Of a stretch of 64,000 bases of DNA, positions 38,195-48,610 are shown piece by piece. The stretch is from assembly GCA_043827405.1 (NCBI GenBank), contig JBDRPD010000083.1:192001-256000 (forward strand), written 5' to 3'. The notes below the pieces were generated by a model that was not told where the DNA came from, made no database searches, and was given only the letters and a program-made list of their open reading frames with translations. Source of the DNA: Elusimicrobiota bacterium (GTDB lineage Bacteria > Elusimicrobiota > Elusimicrobia > UBA1565). Numbering within the stretch: the first letter of the stretch is position 1; each line of letters begins with the position of its first letter. Made by a program: the position numbers and the translations under genes.

Positions 38195-39012
38195 GCATAC
38201 GGCTGCTGGATGTTGCAGGAAAGACGGATCCCGGCAAGGTGCGCGAGCGCAATGAGGACAGCATCGCTCTCGATCCCGAGCTCGGCCTTTATATCGTCGC
38301 CGACGGGATGGGCGGACACAACTCCGGCGAAGTCGCCAGCGGCTTGGCTACCGATACGATCCTGAAGTTCGGCCGGGAGATGCTGAGCAAGAGCCGGGAA
38401 TTCGTGCCGCCCGAAACAGATGAGACCTTGTCGGTGCGCGCGCGGCAGATCGTCTATCTCATCCAGAGCGCAAATACCATGATTTACGAGAAGTCCAAAG
38501 CGTTCGCCAAGAACCAAGGTATGGGGACGACGGTCGTCGTGGTGATCGGGGACACGAAGTCCATCACCGTCGGCCATGTCGGCGACAGCCGACTGTACCG
38601 CCTGCGCGGATCGAATTTTGAACAGCTGACCGAGGACCACTCTCTGGTGCAGGACCAGGTCAGGCACGGGTTGATCACCAAAGAGCAGGCGGATAAGTCG
38701 AACCTGCAGAATATCCTCACCCGCGCGCTCGGTACGGAGCCGAACGTCCTGGTTGATACTCAGGATATCGAGGTGCAGCCCGGCGACGCCTTCCTTATCT
38801 GCTCCGACGGTATGACCAAGATGGTGACCGACGACGAAGCGGGCAAGGTGATGTCCAATATGAAGGAACCGCTCGACGCGGTCGACAAGCTCATCGACAT
38901 GTCCAATGCCGCCGGAGGCGTCGACAATGTCACCATAATCGTCGCCGCCGCGCCGGGCGGCAAGCCCCAGGACAAGGGCTTATTCGCAAGACTTAAAGAA
39001 GCGCTCGAGTAA
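38191..39012 (+). CDS. PP2C-family (Stp1/PrpC) Ser/Thr phosphatase
   Basis: R..NED, VADGMGGH, GTT, HVGDSR, CSDG, GGVDNVT. Confidence 0.93.
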   Translation: MSIRLLDVAGKTDPGKVRERNEDSIALDPELGLYIVADGMGGHNSGEVASGLATDTILKFGREMLSKSREFVPPETDETLSVRARQIVYLIQSANTMIYEKSKAFAKNQGMGTTVVVVIGDTKSITVGHVGDSRLYRLRGSNFEQLTEDHSLVQDQVRHGLITKEQADKSNLQNILTRALGTEPNVLVDTQDIEVQPGDAFLICSDGMTKMVTDDEAGKVMSNMKEPLDAVDKLIDMSNAAGGVDNVTIIVAAAPGGKPQDKGLFARLKEALE

Positions 39013-39015
39013 ATT

Positions 39016-39738
39016 ATGGCAAAGCTCCTGCTTAAGCTGGATGATGCGGTGATTCGCGAGTTTACGCTCAAGGGCGAGACCGCGAAGATCGGGCGCAAAT
39101 CCGAAAACGAAATCGTCATTAATAATCCCGCGGTGTCGGGGTGCCATGCCGTGATCGAGGAGAAGGACGGCATATATACGATCGAGGACCTCGACTCCAC
39201 CAACGGCACTTCCGTAAACGACGAGCGGATCAAGAAGCGCGAGCTGAAGAATAATGACGTCATCGGCATCGCCAAGCATCGGTTGGTCTTTTTGGCGGAT
39301 GACTCGGCCGCCGCCGTCGCCGCCCATACCTCGGCCAAGATCAAGGAGAAGAAGGAGGAGGCCAGCGACGCCCATCTGGAGATGACGCCGGTCGCGGATG
39401 CGACGTCCGGACCGCATAAAGCGGACGACGGCGCGTCGGTCGGTGTGCTGACGGTGCTTAAGGGCGGCGAGGTTGGTAAAAAATTCGACATTAAGGGCAC
39501 CTCCGTCTATATCGGCAAATCCGACCGCGCGCAGGTTCCGATTCAGGGCGGCGGGCTGTTCGGAGGCGCCCCGGACATGGCCGCTTCGGTGCGCCGCAAG
39601 CCGGAGGGCTTCTTCCTGACCGCGGTTGAGGACGGCTACCCGGTGGTTTCCGGCAATAAGGTCAGCGGCAGCGTGCGGCTCAATAACGGCGACATCATCG
39701 AGCTCGGCAGCACCACGCTGCAGTTCTCGATCAAGTAG
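39016..39738 (+). CDS. Tandem FHA-domain protein
   Basis: First FHA with GR, SGCHA, DLDSTNGT; degenerate second FHA ending GDIIELG. Confidence 0.88.
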   Translation: MAKLLLKLDDAVIREFTLKGETAKIGRKSENEIVINNPAVSGCHAVIEEKDGIYTIEDLDSTNGTSVNDERIKKRELKNNDVIGIAKHRLVFLADDSAAAVAAHTSAKIKEKKEEASDAHLEMTPVADATSGPHKADDGASVGVLTVLKGGEVGKKFDIKGTSVYIGKSDRAQVPIQGGGLFGGAPDMAASVRRKPEGFFLTAVEDGYPVVSGNKVSGSVRLNNGDIIELGSTTLQFSIK

Positions 39739-39741
39739 CCG

Positions 39742-41643
39742 CTACTTTATCTCGCCTTTCGGAAAGCCCAGCTTCCACCATACGGGGACGGTCGCCGTGC
39801 CCGCGGCGAGCAGCAGCAGTATCCACACCGCCCGCCAGGGGAACCAGGTCGGCGGGGCGCTGGCGCAAAGCCAGGAGCCGATTCCGGTGAGCAAACAGAA
39901 AAGCGAGAACCCCGCGACCAGGACGGCCCCCAGGCCCTTCCCCAGCCGGCGGACGCTCTCCTCTCCGTCCTGGCCGAGTTCGGCGGCCACCGGCCGCCAG
40001 AAGCCCATGGGCTTTACCTGGTCGTAGAACTTCTTAAGCCGCTCCATCTCCTCCGGCCCGGTGACCAAAGAGACGACGATGCCCGCCGCCGTTGCGCCCG
40101 CGGCCATGAGGATCAGGCGCAGCGCCTCGCCCTCGATGTAGGCCAGCAGGATGGGCGCGAGGATCATGGAGGCGGCGATGGTCGCGATCTCGCCCCAGGC
40201 GTTGATCCGCCACCACAGCCAGCGCAGGACCAGAACGACCCCGAGCCCGGCGCCCAGCAGCAGGCTCGCCTGCCAGGCGGTCTGGATCGAGGAGAGCCGG
40301 GTCATGATGCCCAGGCCGATGAGCAGGATCAGGATATTCGATCCGCGCGCGACCCAGACCAGCGACCGCGGATCGGGATCTTTCTTGAGCCAGGACCGGC
40401 AAATGAAGCGCTTGTAGATGTCGTTGGTCCAGTAGGAAGATCCCCAGTTGAGGTGTGTGTCGACGGTGGAGGCCAGGGCCGCCAGCATGCCGGTCAGCAT
40501 CAGGCCCTTCGCTCCGACCGGCAGCAGTTCGGCGATGCCGCGCACGAAGGTCGCTTCGCGTTCGGCCATGGCGAGTTCAACCGGGATCGAGAGATCGGGG
40601 GGAAATAGGACGAGCAGCCCCAGGCCGATGGGCAGCCACAGCAGGCTGCGCAGCAATATCTGCGCGATCGTGAATACCACCGCCGCCAAGCGGGCATCCT
40701 CATCGGTCCGGCAGGCCATGGAGCGCTGGGCCAGATACCCGGTCCCATCGGCGTTCATTTGCGCTATCCATTGGATGGCGAAGACGGCGAGGACGGCCAA
40801 GCCGGCGTCTTTGGCGCGCGACGGCGTGAAGGCCGTGATCTGCTCGGGTAGAATGCCGCCCGGGCCGCCGTCGGCGAACAGGGTCGTTATCTTGCCCGAC
40901 AACGCGTCGAATCCGCCGACGGCATGGATCACAATTCCGGCGTAGAACGCCGTCGCGGCCATGGCGATGCCGAACTGGACGACGTCGGTCTCCACCACGC
41001 TGCGCAGGCCGCCGGTCGTCGAGTAGAATGTGGTCACCAGCACGATGGCGCCGATGGATATCAGGTTGTTGGCGGAGAGCACCCAAACCTGGGGGCTGTT
41101 GATATCGACGGTCAGCGGGGTGCCGATGAACTTGACCAGGCCGATAAAGGGGTCGAAGATCGCGGCCGGCAGCCAGGCGTTCCACAGCAGAAAGGGCTCG
41201 GCGATGCGGGTGGCCGCGAGCAGCACCATGGCCAGCACCGTGCAGTTGAATACCGTGCCGAGATAGATGGCTTTGACTCCGCGCAAAACAGCCGCCGGCG
41301 CATGGCCGTAGCGGAACTCGGTCAGCTCGGCGTCGGTGAGCACTCCGGCGCGCCGCCAGCTCGCCGCGAGCACGAAGCCCATCAGCAGGAAGGCCAAGGC
41401 GTATATCCATAGCCGCCAGAGGGAGAAGATGCCCGCCGTGGCGATCAGGCCGGTGACCAAGAGCGGCGTATCGGCGGCGAACTGGGTCGCGGCCATGCTG
41501 ATTCCGGCTTTCCATCCGGGCAGGCTGCGGCCGGCGAGGAAATATTCTTCGAGGTTCTGCGATGCCTTGTCCTTGGCGCTAAAGCCGGAGTATATCGCGT
41601 AGACGATGAAGGCGAAGATGATCAGGATATCGATAATGGACAT
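39742..41643 (-). CDS. Sodium:solute symporter family protein
   Basis: EYFLAGRSL, ATQFAADTPL, GGLRSVVETD, AALAST. Confidence 0.92.
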   Translation of the reverse strand: MSIIDILIIFAFIVYAIYSGFSAKDKASQNLEEYFLAGRSLPGWKAGISMAATQFAADTPLLVTGLIATAGIFSLWRLWIYALAFLLMGFVLAASWRRAGVLTDAELTEFRYGHAPAAVLRGVKAIYLGTVFNCTVLAMVLLAATRIAEPFLLWNAWLPAAIFDPFIGLVKFIGTPLTVDINSPQVWVLSANNLISIGAIVLVTTFYSTTGGLRSVVETDVVQFGIAMAATAFYAGIVIHAVGGFDALSGKITTLFADGGPGGILPEQITAFTPSRAKDAGLAVLAVFAIQWIAQMNADGTGYLAQRSMACRTDEDARLAAVVFTIAQILLRSLLWLPIGLGLLVLFPPDLSIPVELAMAEREATFVRGIAELLPVGAKGLMLTGMLAALASTVDTHLNWGSSYWTNDIYKRFICRSWLKKDPDPRSLVWVARGSNILILLIGLGIMTRLSSIQTAWQASLLLGAGLGVVLVLRWLWWRINAWGEIATIAASMILAPILLAYIEGEALRLILMAAGATAAGIVVSLVTGPEEMERLKKFYDQVKPMGFWRPVAAELGQDGEESVRRLGKGLGAVLVAGFSLFCLLTGIGSWLCASAPPTWFPWRAVWILLLLAAGTATVPVWWKLGFPKGEIK

Positions 41644-41812
41644 GAAGGCCTCCCTGCGTTACGAGCGTCATTATATACAGATATTCTTTATCTTTGCATG
41701 CTTATTTAATCATCATGAGCGCCGTTTCGATTGACGGGCGTTCTGGCGCGATCGTTGCTAATTATTGTATACCCTAGGTACTTGCGAAAACTCTTCATAG
41801 CACGGGAAACCT

Positions 41813-42391
41813 ATGCTGGAAATTAGATTCCATGGACGCGGCGGGCAGGGGACGGTACTGGCGGCAAAGATGCTGGCGGATATCGTTTTGCGCTCCGGAA
41901 AGGGCGAATGCATGGCCATTCCGGAATTCGGCGTAGAACGCCGGGGCGCCCCGGTTCTGGCCTATGCCCGGATATCTAAGGAACCGATACTCATACGGAC
42001 CCGAATCTACGAACCCAACGTCGTGGTTGTGCTCGATACCAATGCTGCGCCCGGCGATACCATGGTCAAGGGGCTGAAAAAGGGCGGTGTCCTCCTTATT
42101 AATACCGAACATTCCCAGGAGGAGCTCGAAAAGCGTTGGCCTGACTTCAATACCGCCGCCATACCGGCCAAGAAGATCGCCCTCAAGCATAAGCTGGGAA
42201 CCGCTGCCAGCCCGGTGCTCAATACCGCCATTATCGGCGCCATGTGTGCGCAGCTGGACCTGGTAGCCCTGGGTGAACTCGAGGCTGCGATCCGTGACGC
42301 GGTGCCGGTCAAGCTGGACGAGAACGTCGCCGCCGCCAAGGAGGCGTACGAATATATTTGCGCAAGGAGGAATGCCAATGCCGCGGCTTAA
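41813..42391 (+). CDS. porC: 2-oxoacid:ferredoxin oxidoreductase gamma subunit
   Basis: EIRFHGRGGQG, FGVERRGAP. Confidence 0.88.
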   Translation: MLEIRFHGRGGQGTVLAAKMLADIVLRSGKGECMAIPEFGVERRGAPVLAYARISKEPILIRTRIYEPNVVVVLDTNAAPGDTMVKGLKKGGVLLINTEHSQEELEKRWPDFNTAAIPAKKIALKHKLGTAASPVLNTAIIGAMCAQLDLVALGELEAAIRDAVPVKLDENVAAAKEAYEYICARRNANAAA

Positions 42392-42665
42392 GATCGATCC
42401 CGAGACCGAACCGGCGCTCCTCATTTCCGGCGAGTCCATCTCCGTCAATAAGACCGGGACTTGGCGCAATATCCGCCCCAAGGTCGATATGGAGAAATGC
42501 ACCAAGTGCATGATCTGCTGGAAGTTCTGTCCCGAATCGTGTGTTACCATTGATTCCGGGGCGCCGGTCATCGAAATGGATTACTGCAAGGGCTGCTCGA
42601 TCTGCGCCGATGTCTGCCCGGTGGGCTGCGTGGAGATGGTCGACGAGGAAGAGGGGGGGAAATGA
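42378..42665 (+). CDS. porD: 2-oxoacid:ferredoxin oxidoreductase delta subunit (2x4Fe-4S)
   Basis: KTGTWR..RP, two CxxCxxCxxxCP; AAGGAGG RBS. Confidence 0.88.
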   Translation: MPRLKIDPETEPALLISGESISVNKTGTWRNIRPKVDMEKCTKCMICWKFCPESCVTIDSGAPVIEMDYCKGCSICADVCPVGCVEMVDEEEGGK

Positions 42666-43816
42666 GAAAGGTGCTGATGGGCAATCATGCCGCCTCGATC
42701 GCCGTGGGGCTGGCACGCGCCGACGTCGTCTCCGCCTACCCGATCACCCCGCAGACTCAGGTGATCGAGCTTCTTGACGAGCTGCAGACCACCGGGAAAT
42801 GGAAGGGCACCTTTATCCGGGTAGAGTCCGAGCATTCCGCCATGGCCGCCTGTCTCGGCGCCGCGACCACGGGGGCTCGGACCTTTACCGCCTCCTCATC
42901 GCAGGGCCTGGCCTATATGCACGAGATGCTGCACTGGGTCGCCGGCGGCCGGCTGCCGATCGTCATGGCGGATGTCAATCGGGCTTTGGGCGCGCCGTGG
43001 ATACTCTGGACCGACCAGACCGATTCCCTGTCCCAGCGCGATACCGGCTGGATGCAGTTCTACTGCTCGAGCAATCAGGAAATCCTCGACAGCATTCTTA
43101 TGGCTTACCGCGTGGCTGAAGCGGTTATGATTCCCGCCATGGTCGCCTATGACGGCTTCACCCTGTCGCATACCTACGAGCCGGTGGATGTGCCGGATCA
43201 GAAGCTGGTGGACAAGTTCCTGCCCCCCATTAAGTACCCGTATGCCTTGGACGTCAAGAAGGCGACGGCGTTCTCCTCGCTGGCGCTGCCCAAACCCTAC
43301 ATGCGGATGCGGGCGCGTATGGACGCCGATATGCACCGCGCCCTCGATGTCTTCAAGGAAGCGGCCAAGGAGTTCGAGAGCATCTTCGGCCGGCGCTATC
43401 GTCTTATTGAGCCGGATCGCTGCGACGACGCGGAGACCATCCTGGTCACCTCGGGCGCGGTAGCCTCGACCGCTCAGGCGGCGATCAATGAGCTGCGCGA
43501 GGAGGGGCATAAGGCCGGCAATCTTAAGATGCGGGCGTTCCGGCCCTTCCCGTCGGATGAGCTGCGCAAGACGCTCAAGCCGAAACAAAAGGTCGCGGTA
43601 GTCGACCGCAATTACTCGCAGGGACATCACGGCATCTTTTGCGAGGAGATAAAATCCGCGCTTTATCCGCTCAAGGATCGTCCCGAAATCTACGGCTTCA
43701 TCGCCGGCCTCGGCGGCGGCGATATCACGGTGGAGCTCCTCAAGGAGATTTGGCACGAGACGCATGCGGGCCGCGCCGACGCGATCAACCCCGTCTGGAT
43801 GGAGGACGCTCGATGA
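42662..43816 (+). CDS. porA: 2-oxoacid:ferredoxin oxidoreductase alpha subunit
   Basis: YPITPQT, ESEHSA, SSQGL. Confidence 0.9.
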   Translation: MRKVLMGNHAASIAVGLARADVVSAYPITPQTQVIELLDELQTTGKWKGTFIRVESEHSAMAACLGAATTGARTFTASSSQGLAYMHEMLHWVAGGRLPIVMADVNRALGAPWILWTDQTDSLSQRDTGWMQFYCSSNQEILDSILMAYRVAEAVMIPAMVAYDGFTLSHTYEPVDVPDQKLVDKFLPPIKYPYALDVKKATAFSSLALPKPYMRMRARMDADMHRALDVFKEAAKEFESIFGRRYRLIEPDRCDDAETILVTSGAVASTAQAAINELREEGHKAGNLKMRAFRPFPSDELRKTLKPKQKVAVVDRNYSQGHHGIFCEEIKSALYPLKDRPEIYGFIAGLGGGDITVELLKEIWHETHAGRADAINPVWMEDAR

Positions 43817-44700
43817 CGCCCACGAAAGACAAGCCGGTCAAGACGTCGATCCCCCGGGAAGAGGGGCTGCGTTCGGGCCACCTGGCATGTCAGGGCTGCG
43901 GCGCGATGCTGGCCATGCGCTACGCGCAGAAAGGCCTGGGCCGGAAGACGGTGTTCGTGACCCCGGCCTGCTGCTGGACCATATTGGCCGGCCCGGCGCC
44001 CAAGCTGGCCATCGAGACCCCGATCATTCACTGTCCTTTCGCCACCGCCGCGGCCACCGCCAGCGGCGTCAAGGCGGGCTTGATTGAGCGCGGCGACACC
44101 GAGACCCAGGTCTGCGTGTGGGCCGGCGACGGGGGGACCTACGACATCGGCCTGCAGGCGCTTTCCGGCGCCGCCGACCGCAACGAAGACATCATCTACG
44201 TCTGCTACGACAACGAAGCCTACATGAACACCGGCATTCAGCGCAGCGGCGGTACCCCGGCGATGGCCTGGACCATGACCACCCAGGGCGGCAGCCGGCG
44301 TCCCAAGAAGGATCTCGACAAGATCATGGAAGCGCACAGCATCCCTTATCAGGCGACCGTGACCCCGGGCTTTCCCGAGGATATGGTCAAGAAGTTCCAG
44401 AAGGTCCGGGGCATCAAGGGCTTCCGCTTTATTCGCGTGCTCTCGCCCTGCCCGCCGGGCTGGAAGCATGACTCGGCCGACACCGTGGCTCTTTCCAAGC
44501 TCGCGGTGCAGACCGGAGCGTTTCCGCTCTACGAGATCGAAAACGGCGTCTTCAAGCTCAATATGAAGGTGGCCAAGCGCAAGCCGATCGCGGATTACCT
44601 AAAGAGACAGGGCCGCTTTCGCAAGCTCAAGGATGAGAATATCCAGGCGATGCAGGCTTCCGTCGACGCGGCGTGGGAAAACTTCACCAATCGCAAGTAA
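43813..44700 (+). CDS. porB: 2-oxoacid:ferredoxin oxidoreductase beta (TPP-binding) subunit
   Basis: GHLACQGCG, GDG...DNEAYMNTG, SPCP. Confidence 0.9.
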   Translation: MTPTKDKPVKTSIPREEGLRSGHLACQGCGAMLAMRYAQKGLGRKTVFVTPACCWTILAGPAPKLAIETPIIHCPFATAAATASGVKAGLIERGDTETQVCVWAGDGGTYDIGLQALSGAADRNEDIIYVCYDNEAYMNTGIQRSGGTPAMAWTMTTQGGSRRPKKDLDKIMEAHSIPYQATVTPGFPEDMVKKFQKVRGIKGFRFIRVLSPCPPGWKHDSADTVALSKLAVQTGAFPLYEIENGVFKLNMKVAKRKPIADYLKRQGRFRKLKDENIQAMQASVDAAWENFTNRK

Positions 44701-44759
44701 ACTGTAACCGCCGGCCGCCGGCGTATAGTTAAGCTCTCCACTCTGAGGGGTTTTTAGGC

Positions 44760-47255
44760 ATGAAAAAGAAAGGAACGATGTTTTTGACCGACGCGCAGCT
44801 TAAGGAAGAGATCGCCAAGTGCGAGTACTGCGCCGAGAAACCGTGCAAGGAGGCCTGCCCGGTCGACTGTTCGCCCGCGGACTTTATTATGGCCGCCAAA
44901 GGGGGGCGCAAGTCCGACTACAAGCGAGCCGCGGCCGTTATTATGGGCTCCAACCCGCTCGGCGGGGTATGCGGCGCGGTATGCCCGGACTGGCATTGCA
45001 TGAAGGCCTGCGTACACAAGAAGTTCAACGGCGCGGTGAATATCCCGCCGGTACAGGCGACCATCGTCCAGAAGGCCAAGGATCTGAAAGTCATGCCCAA
45101 GTTCCGCCGGGCCAAGCCCAACGGTAAAAGGGTGGCCGTCGTCGGCGGCGGAGCGGCGGGCTGCGGCGCCGCCGGCGTGCTGGCGCAGAAGGGTTACCGG
45201 GTCGACATCTACGACGCCGGCAAGAAGCCCGGCGGCATGATCGGCCTTATCCCGCCCGACCGTCTGGACCCGCAGGTGTTCAAGACCGATCTGGATTTCA
45301 TGCAGACGCTGGGCGCGATCTCTCTTAAGTCCGGCAAGAAGGTCGCGGCTCCGGAAAAGCTGCTGCGCCAAGGCTATAAAGCGGTTGTCGTCTCCACCGG
45401 GCTCGACGTCGCCTATCAGCTCGGCATCCCGGGAGAGGAAGCCGCGATCAGCTGGATCGACTACCTGAAGACTCCAGCGCGCTTTAAGCTTAAGGGCAAG
45501 CGCGTGGCCGTGATCGGCGGCGGCGCGGTGGCGGCGGACTGCGCCGAGACCGCGGCGCACGGCGGGGCGGCGCATGTGGAGATGTTCGCTCTCGAGAAAC
45601 TCAGCGAGATGCCGCTCACCGCCAAGGAGCTCGCGGGCATTATGGACGCCGGCGTGCATGTCTCGGGTCGCGTGTCGGTGCTTAAGCTCAAGCATAAGGG
45701 CGGCAAGGTCTACTGCGTGCGTACGCAGCGCATGGAGCTGCCCAAGGGCAAGAAGTTCCATCCCCGGTCGATCAAGCCGGTCGAAGGTTCGGAGCTCTGC
45801 CGCCGGGACCTGGAGGTCGTGATCATCGCCATCGGCAGCCGGCCCGGGCTCAAGATCCCCGGCTGCCGGGGCGTATTCGCCGCCGGCGACGTCGCCAACG
45901 GACCCACGACCGTCGTTGAGGCCGTGGCCGCGGGCAAGAACGCCGCGCTCGAGGTCGACGCCTACAACTACGGCCGCCGCAAGCCGTCGATCCCCAAGAA
46001 GGTCAAGAGCCGCAGCCCGCTGGACGGCCGCGTGCTCGAGCCGGTATCCCTGGAGACCGACTTCTTCGGCAAGAAGATCCGCTCGCCTTTCCTGCTCTCG
46101 GCGGCGCCGCCTTCGGACGGCTACGCCCAGATGAAGCTGGCCTATGAGGCCGGCTGGGCCGGCGGCGTCATGAAGACGGCCTTCGACAATGTGCCGATTC
46201 ATATCCCGGGCGAGTACATGTTCGCCTTCAACCAGGACACCTACGCCAACTGCGATAATGTTTCCGGACATCCGCTGCGGCGCGTCTGCCGCGAGATCAA
46301 GAAGCTTATCAAGGAGTATCCGGACCGTCTGACCATGGCCTCCACCGGCGGCCCGGTCACCGGAGACGACGAGAACGACCGCAAGGGCTGGCAGCATAAT
46401 ACCCGGCTGCTGGAAGCCGCCGGCGTTCACGGCATCGAGTACAGCCTTTCCTGCCCCCAGGGCGGCGACGGTACCAAGGGCGATATTGTGTCCCAGGATC
46501 CGGAGCTTACCGCCAAGATTGTAGGCTGGATCATGGAAGCGGGTGATCCCGATATCCCGAAGCTGTTCAAGCTCACGGGCGCAGTGACCGCGATCTATCC
46601 GATCATGGCGGCGATCAAGGAGGTTCTGGACCAGTACCCGAAGAAGAAGGCCGGGGTGACACTGGCCAATACCTTCCCGACGCTGGCCTTCCGCGCCGGC
46701 GGGAAGAAGTCTTGGGAAGACGGCATTGTCGTCGGCATGAGCGGCGACGGCGTGGCGCCGATCAGCAACTTGACCTTGGCCAACGCCGCCCGGCTCGACA
46801 TGCACGTATCCGGCAACGGCGGCCCCATGGACTACAAGGCGGCGGCCGACTTCCTGGCTTTGGGCACCAAGACCGTGCAGTTCTGCACCATCGTCATGAA
46901 GTACGGCTACGGCATTATCGACGACCTGCACGCGGGGGTGAGCCATCTTATGGAGGAGCGCGGCTATCGCTCGATGCGCGAGCTCATCGGCTGCGCCCTG
47001 CCCAATCCCATCCGGGGCTTTATGGACCTCACGCCGGTCAAGAAAATATCGGCCGTGCGTCCGGAGCTGTGCGAGCACTGCGGCAACTGCACGCGGTGCC
47101 CGTACCTGGCCATTCGGCTGGACAAGAACGGAATACCGGCTACCGATCCGTCCCGCTGCATCGGCTGCTCCATCTGCGTTCAAAAGTGCTTCGCCGGCGC
47201 TCTGTACATGCGGCAGCGCTCCAAGCGCGAGCTCGCGGTGCTTAAGGAAGACTGA
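44760..47255 (+). CDS. Single-chain dihydropyrimidine dehydrogenase-like (PreT-PreA fusion) flavo-Fe-S oxidoreductase
   Basis: N-terminal Fe-S Cys clusters, two Rossmann motifs, FMN barrel (LSCP, LANT), C-terminal 2x4Fe-4S. Confidence 0.85.
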   Translation: MKKKGTMFLTDAQLKEEIAKCEYCAEKPCKEACPVDCSPADFIMAAKGGRKSDYKRAAAVIMGSNPLGGVCGAVCPDWHCMKACVHKKFNGAVNIPPVQATIVQKAKDLKVMPKFRRAKPNGKRVAVVGGGAAGCGAAGVLAQKGYRVDIYDAGKKPGGMIGLIPPDRLDPQVFKTDLDFMQTLGAISLKSGKKVAAPEKLLRQGYKAVVVSTGLDVAYQLGIPGEEAAISWIDYLKTPARFKLKGKRVAVIGGGAVAADCAETAAHGGAAHVEMFALEKLSEMPLTAKELAGIMDAGVHVSGRVSVLKLKHKGGKVYCVRTQRMELPKGKKFHPRSIKPVEGSELCRRDLEVVIIAIGSRPGLKIPGCRGVFAAGDVANGPTTVVEAVAAGKNAALEVDAYNYGRRKPSIPKKVKSRSPLDGRVLEPVSLETDFFGKKIRSPFLLSAAPPSDGYAQMKLAYEAGWAGGVMKTAFDNVPIHIPGEYMFAFNQDTYANCDNVSGHPLRRVCREIKKLIKEYPDRLTMASTGGPVTGDDENDRKGWQHNTRLLEAAGVHGIEYSLSCPQGGDGTKGDIVSQDPELTAKIVGWIMEAGDPDIPKLFKLTGAVTAIYPIMAAIKEVLDQYPKKKAGVTLANTFPTLAFRAGGKKSWEDGIVVGMSGDGVAPISNLTLANAARLDMHVSGNGGPMDYKAAADFLALGTKTVQFCTIVMKYGYGIIDDLHAGVSHLMEERGYRSMRELIGCALPNPIRGFMDLTPVKKISAVRPELCEHCGNCTRCPYLAIRLDKNGIPATDPSRCIGCSICVQKCFAGALYMRQRSKRELAVLKED

Positions 47256-47269
47256 TCCAGGAGAACAAT

Positions 47270-48601
47270 ATGGCTGAAACGCTGCTTATTAAGAACGGCA
47301 TCATCGTAACCTTGGGGGACGATAATAAGGTCCTTTACGGCCACAACGTGCTGTGCGAAGGCGGCCGCATCAAAAAGATCGCCCCGGCCTCCGAGCTCGA
47401 CGGCAAGTACAACGAGGTCATCGACGCGCACGGCAAGGTCGTGATGCCGGGCTTCATCAACGCGCATATGCATTTCTACAGCACCATGGTGCGCGGCCTG
47501 GGCAAGGCGAAGCCGTCGAAGAACTTCAAGGAAGTGCTCGACAACCTGTGGTGGCGGCTCGACAAGAAGCTTAAGCTCGACGACTGCTACTACAGCGCGC
47601 TCCTGCCCCTAGTCGACGCGGTCAAGCGCGGAACGACCACTCTGATCGACCATCATGCCAGCCCGTTCGCGGCGCGGGGCTCGCTTAACCGCATCGCTGA
47701 GGCGGTCAAGGAGGTCGGCCTGCGGGCTTCGCTGTGCTACGAGCTCTCGGACCGTGACGGCAAGAAGATCGCGCAGGAAGGCATCGACGAGAACGTGGAC
47801 TTCATCAAGCGCTGCGACAAGAAAAAAGACGGCCAGCTTAAGGCGCTCTTCGGCCTGCATGCTTCCTTTACCATCGGGGAGAAGACCATGGCGAAGGCCG
47901 CCGAGGCCGGCAATGAGCTGGGCGCGGGCTTTCACGTCCATACGGCGGAGGCGCAGTCGGACCAGGACTACAATGAGAAGCACTTCGGCCTGCGCGTCGT
48001 CGAGCGCCTGCACCGCTTCGGCATCCTCGGCCCCAAGACCATCGCCGCGCACTGCGTGCACGTCAACGACAAGGAGATCGAGCTCCTCAAAGAGACCGCT
48101 ACCGCGGTGGTGCATAACCCGCAGTCCAATATGAACAATGCGGTGGGCGTGGCGGATATTATTAAAATGGCGGAAGCCGGCGTGCTCGTGGGCCTGGGCA
48201 CCGACGCCATGACCGTCAATATGCTCGAGGAGGTCCGCGTCGCCCAGTGGGCCCAGCACCTGTCGCACGACAATCCCAGCTGCGGCTTCATGGAGTCGGT
48301 GACGCCGCTGGTGTTCAACAACGCCAAGATCGCCGGCCGCTACTGGGACTGCGGTTTGGGCGTCCTGGCGGAAGGCAACGCCGCCGATATCATTCTCATG
48401 GACTACTACCCGCCGACGCCGTTTGACGGGAATACCTTCCTCGGACATTTGGTCTTCGGGCTGTCGCAGTCCTTTGTCGACACCACGATCGCCGGCGGCA
48501 AGGTTCTCATGCAGAACAAGCAGCTGAAGATCGACGTTGACGAGGAGGAGATCGCCGCCAAGTCCCTGGAGCTCTCGACCAAGCTCTGGGATCGGTTCTA
48601 G
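47270..48601 (+). CDS. ssnA: Putative aminohydrolase SsnA (amidohydrolase superfamily)
   Basis: PGFINAHMHFYS, WWRLDK, IDHHAS, GLHASFT, HNPQSNMNNAVG, GTD. Confidence 0.88.
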   Translation: MAETLLIKNGIIVTLGDDNKVLYGHNVLCEGGRIKKIAPASELDGKYNEVIDAHGKVVMPGFINAHMHFYSTMVRGLGKAKPSKNFKEVLDNLWWRLDKKLKLDDCYYSALLPLVDAVKRGTTTLIDHHASPFAARGSLNRIAEAVKEVGLRASLCYELSDRDGKKIAQEGIDENVDFIKRCDKKKDGQLKALFGLHASFTIGEKTMAKAAEAGNELGAGFHVHTAEAQSDQDYNEKHFGLRVVERLHRFGILGPKTIAAHCVHVNDKEIELLKETATAVVHNPQSNMNNAVGVADIIKMAEAGVLVGLGTDAMTVNMLEEVRVAQWAQHLSHDNPSCGFMESVTPLVFNNAKIAGRYWDCGLGVLAEGNAADIILMDYYPPTPFDGNTFLGHLVFGLSQSFVDTTIAGGKVLMQNKQLKIDVDEEEIAAKSLELSTKLWDRF

Positions 48602-48610
48602 GCGGCGAGG

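Noticed and set aside
41644..41812. Riboswitch in the AT-rich region between the symporter and por genes
   Set aside because: No recognisable aptamer consensus on either strand; consistent with divergent promoters
44760..48601. Selenate reductase or selenoprotein assignment from ygfK/ssnA similarity
   Set aside because: No in-frame TGA, molybdoenzyme or selenium-utilisation gene in the window
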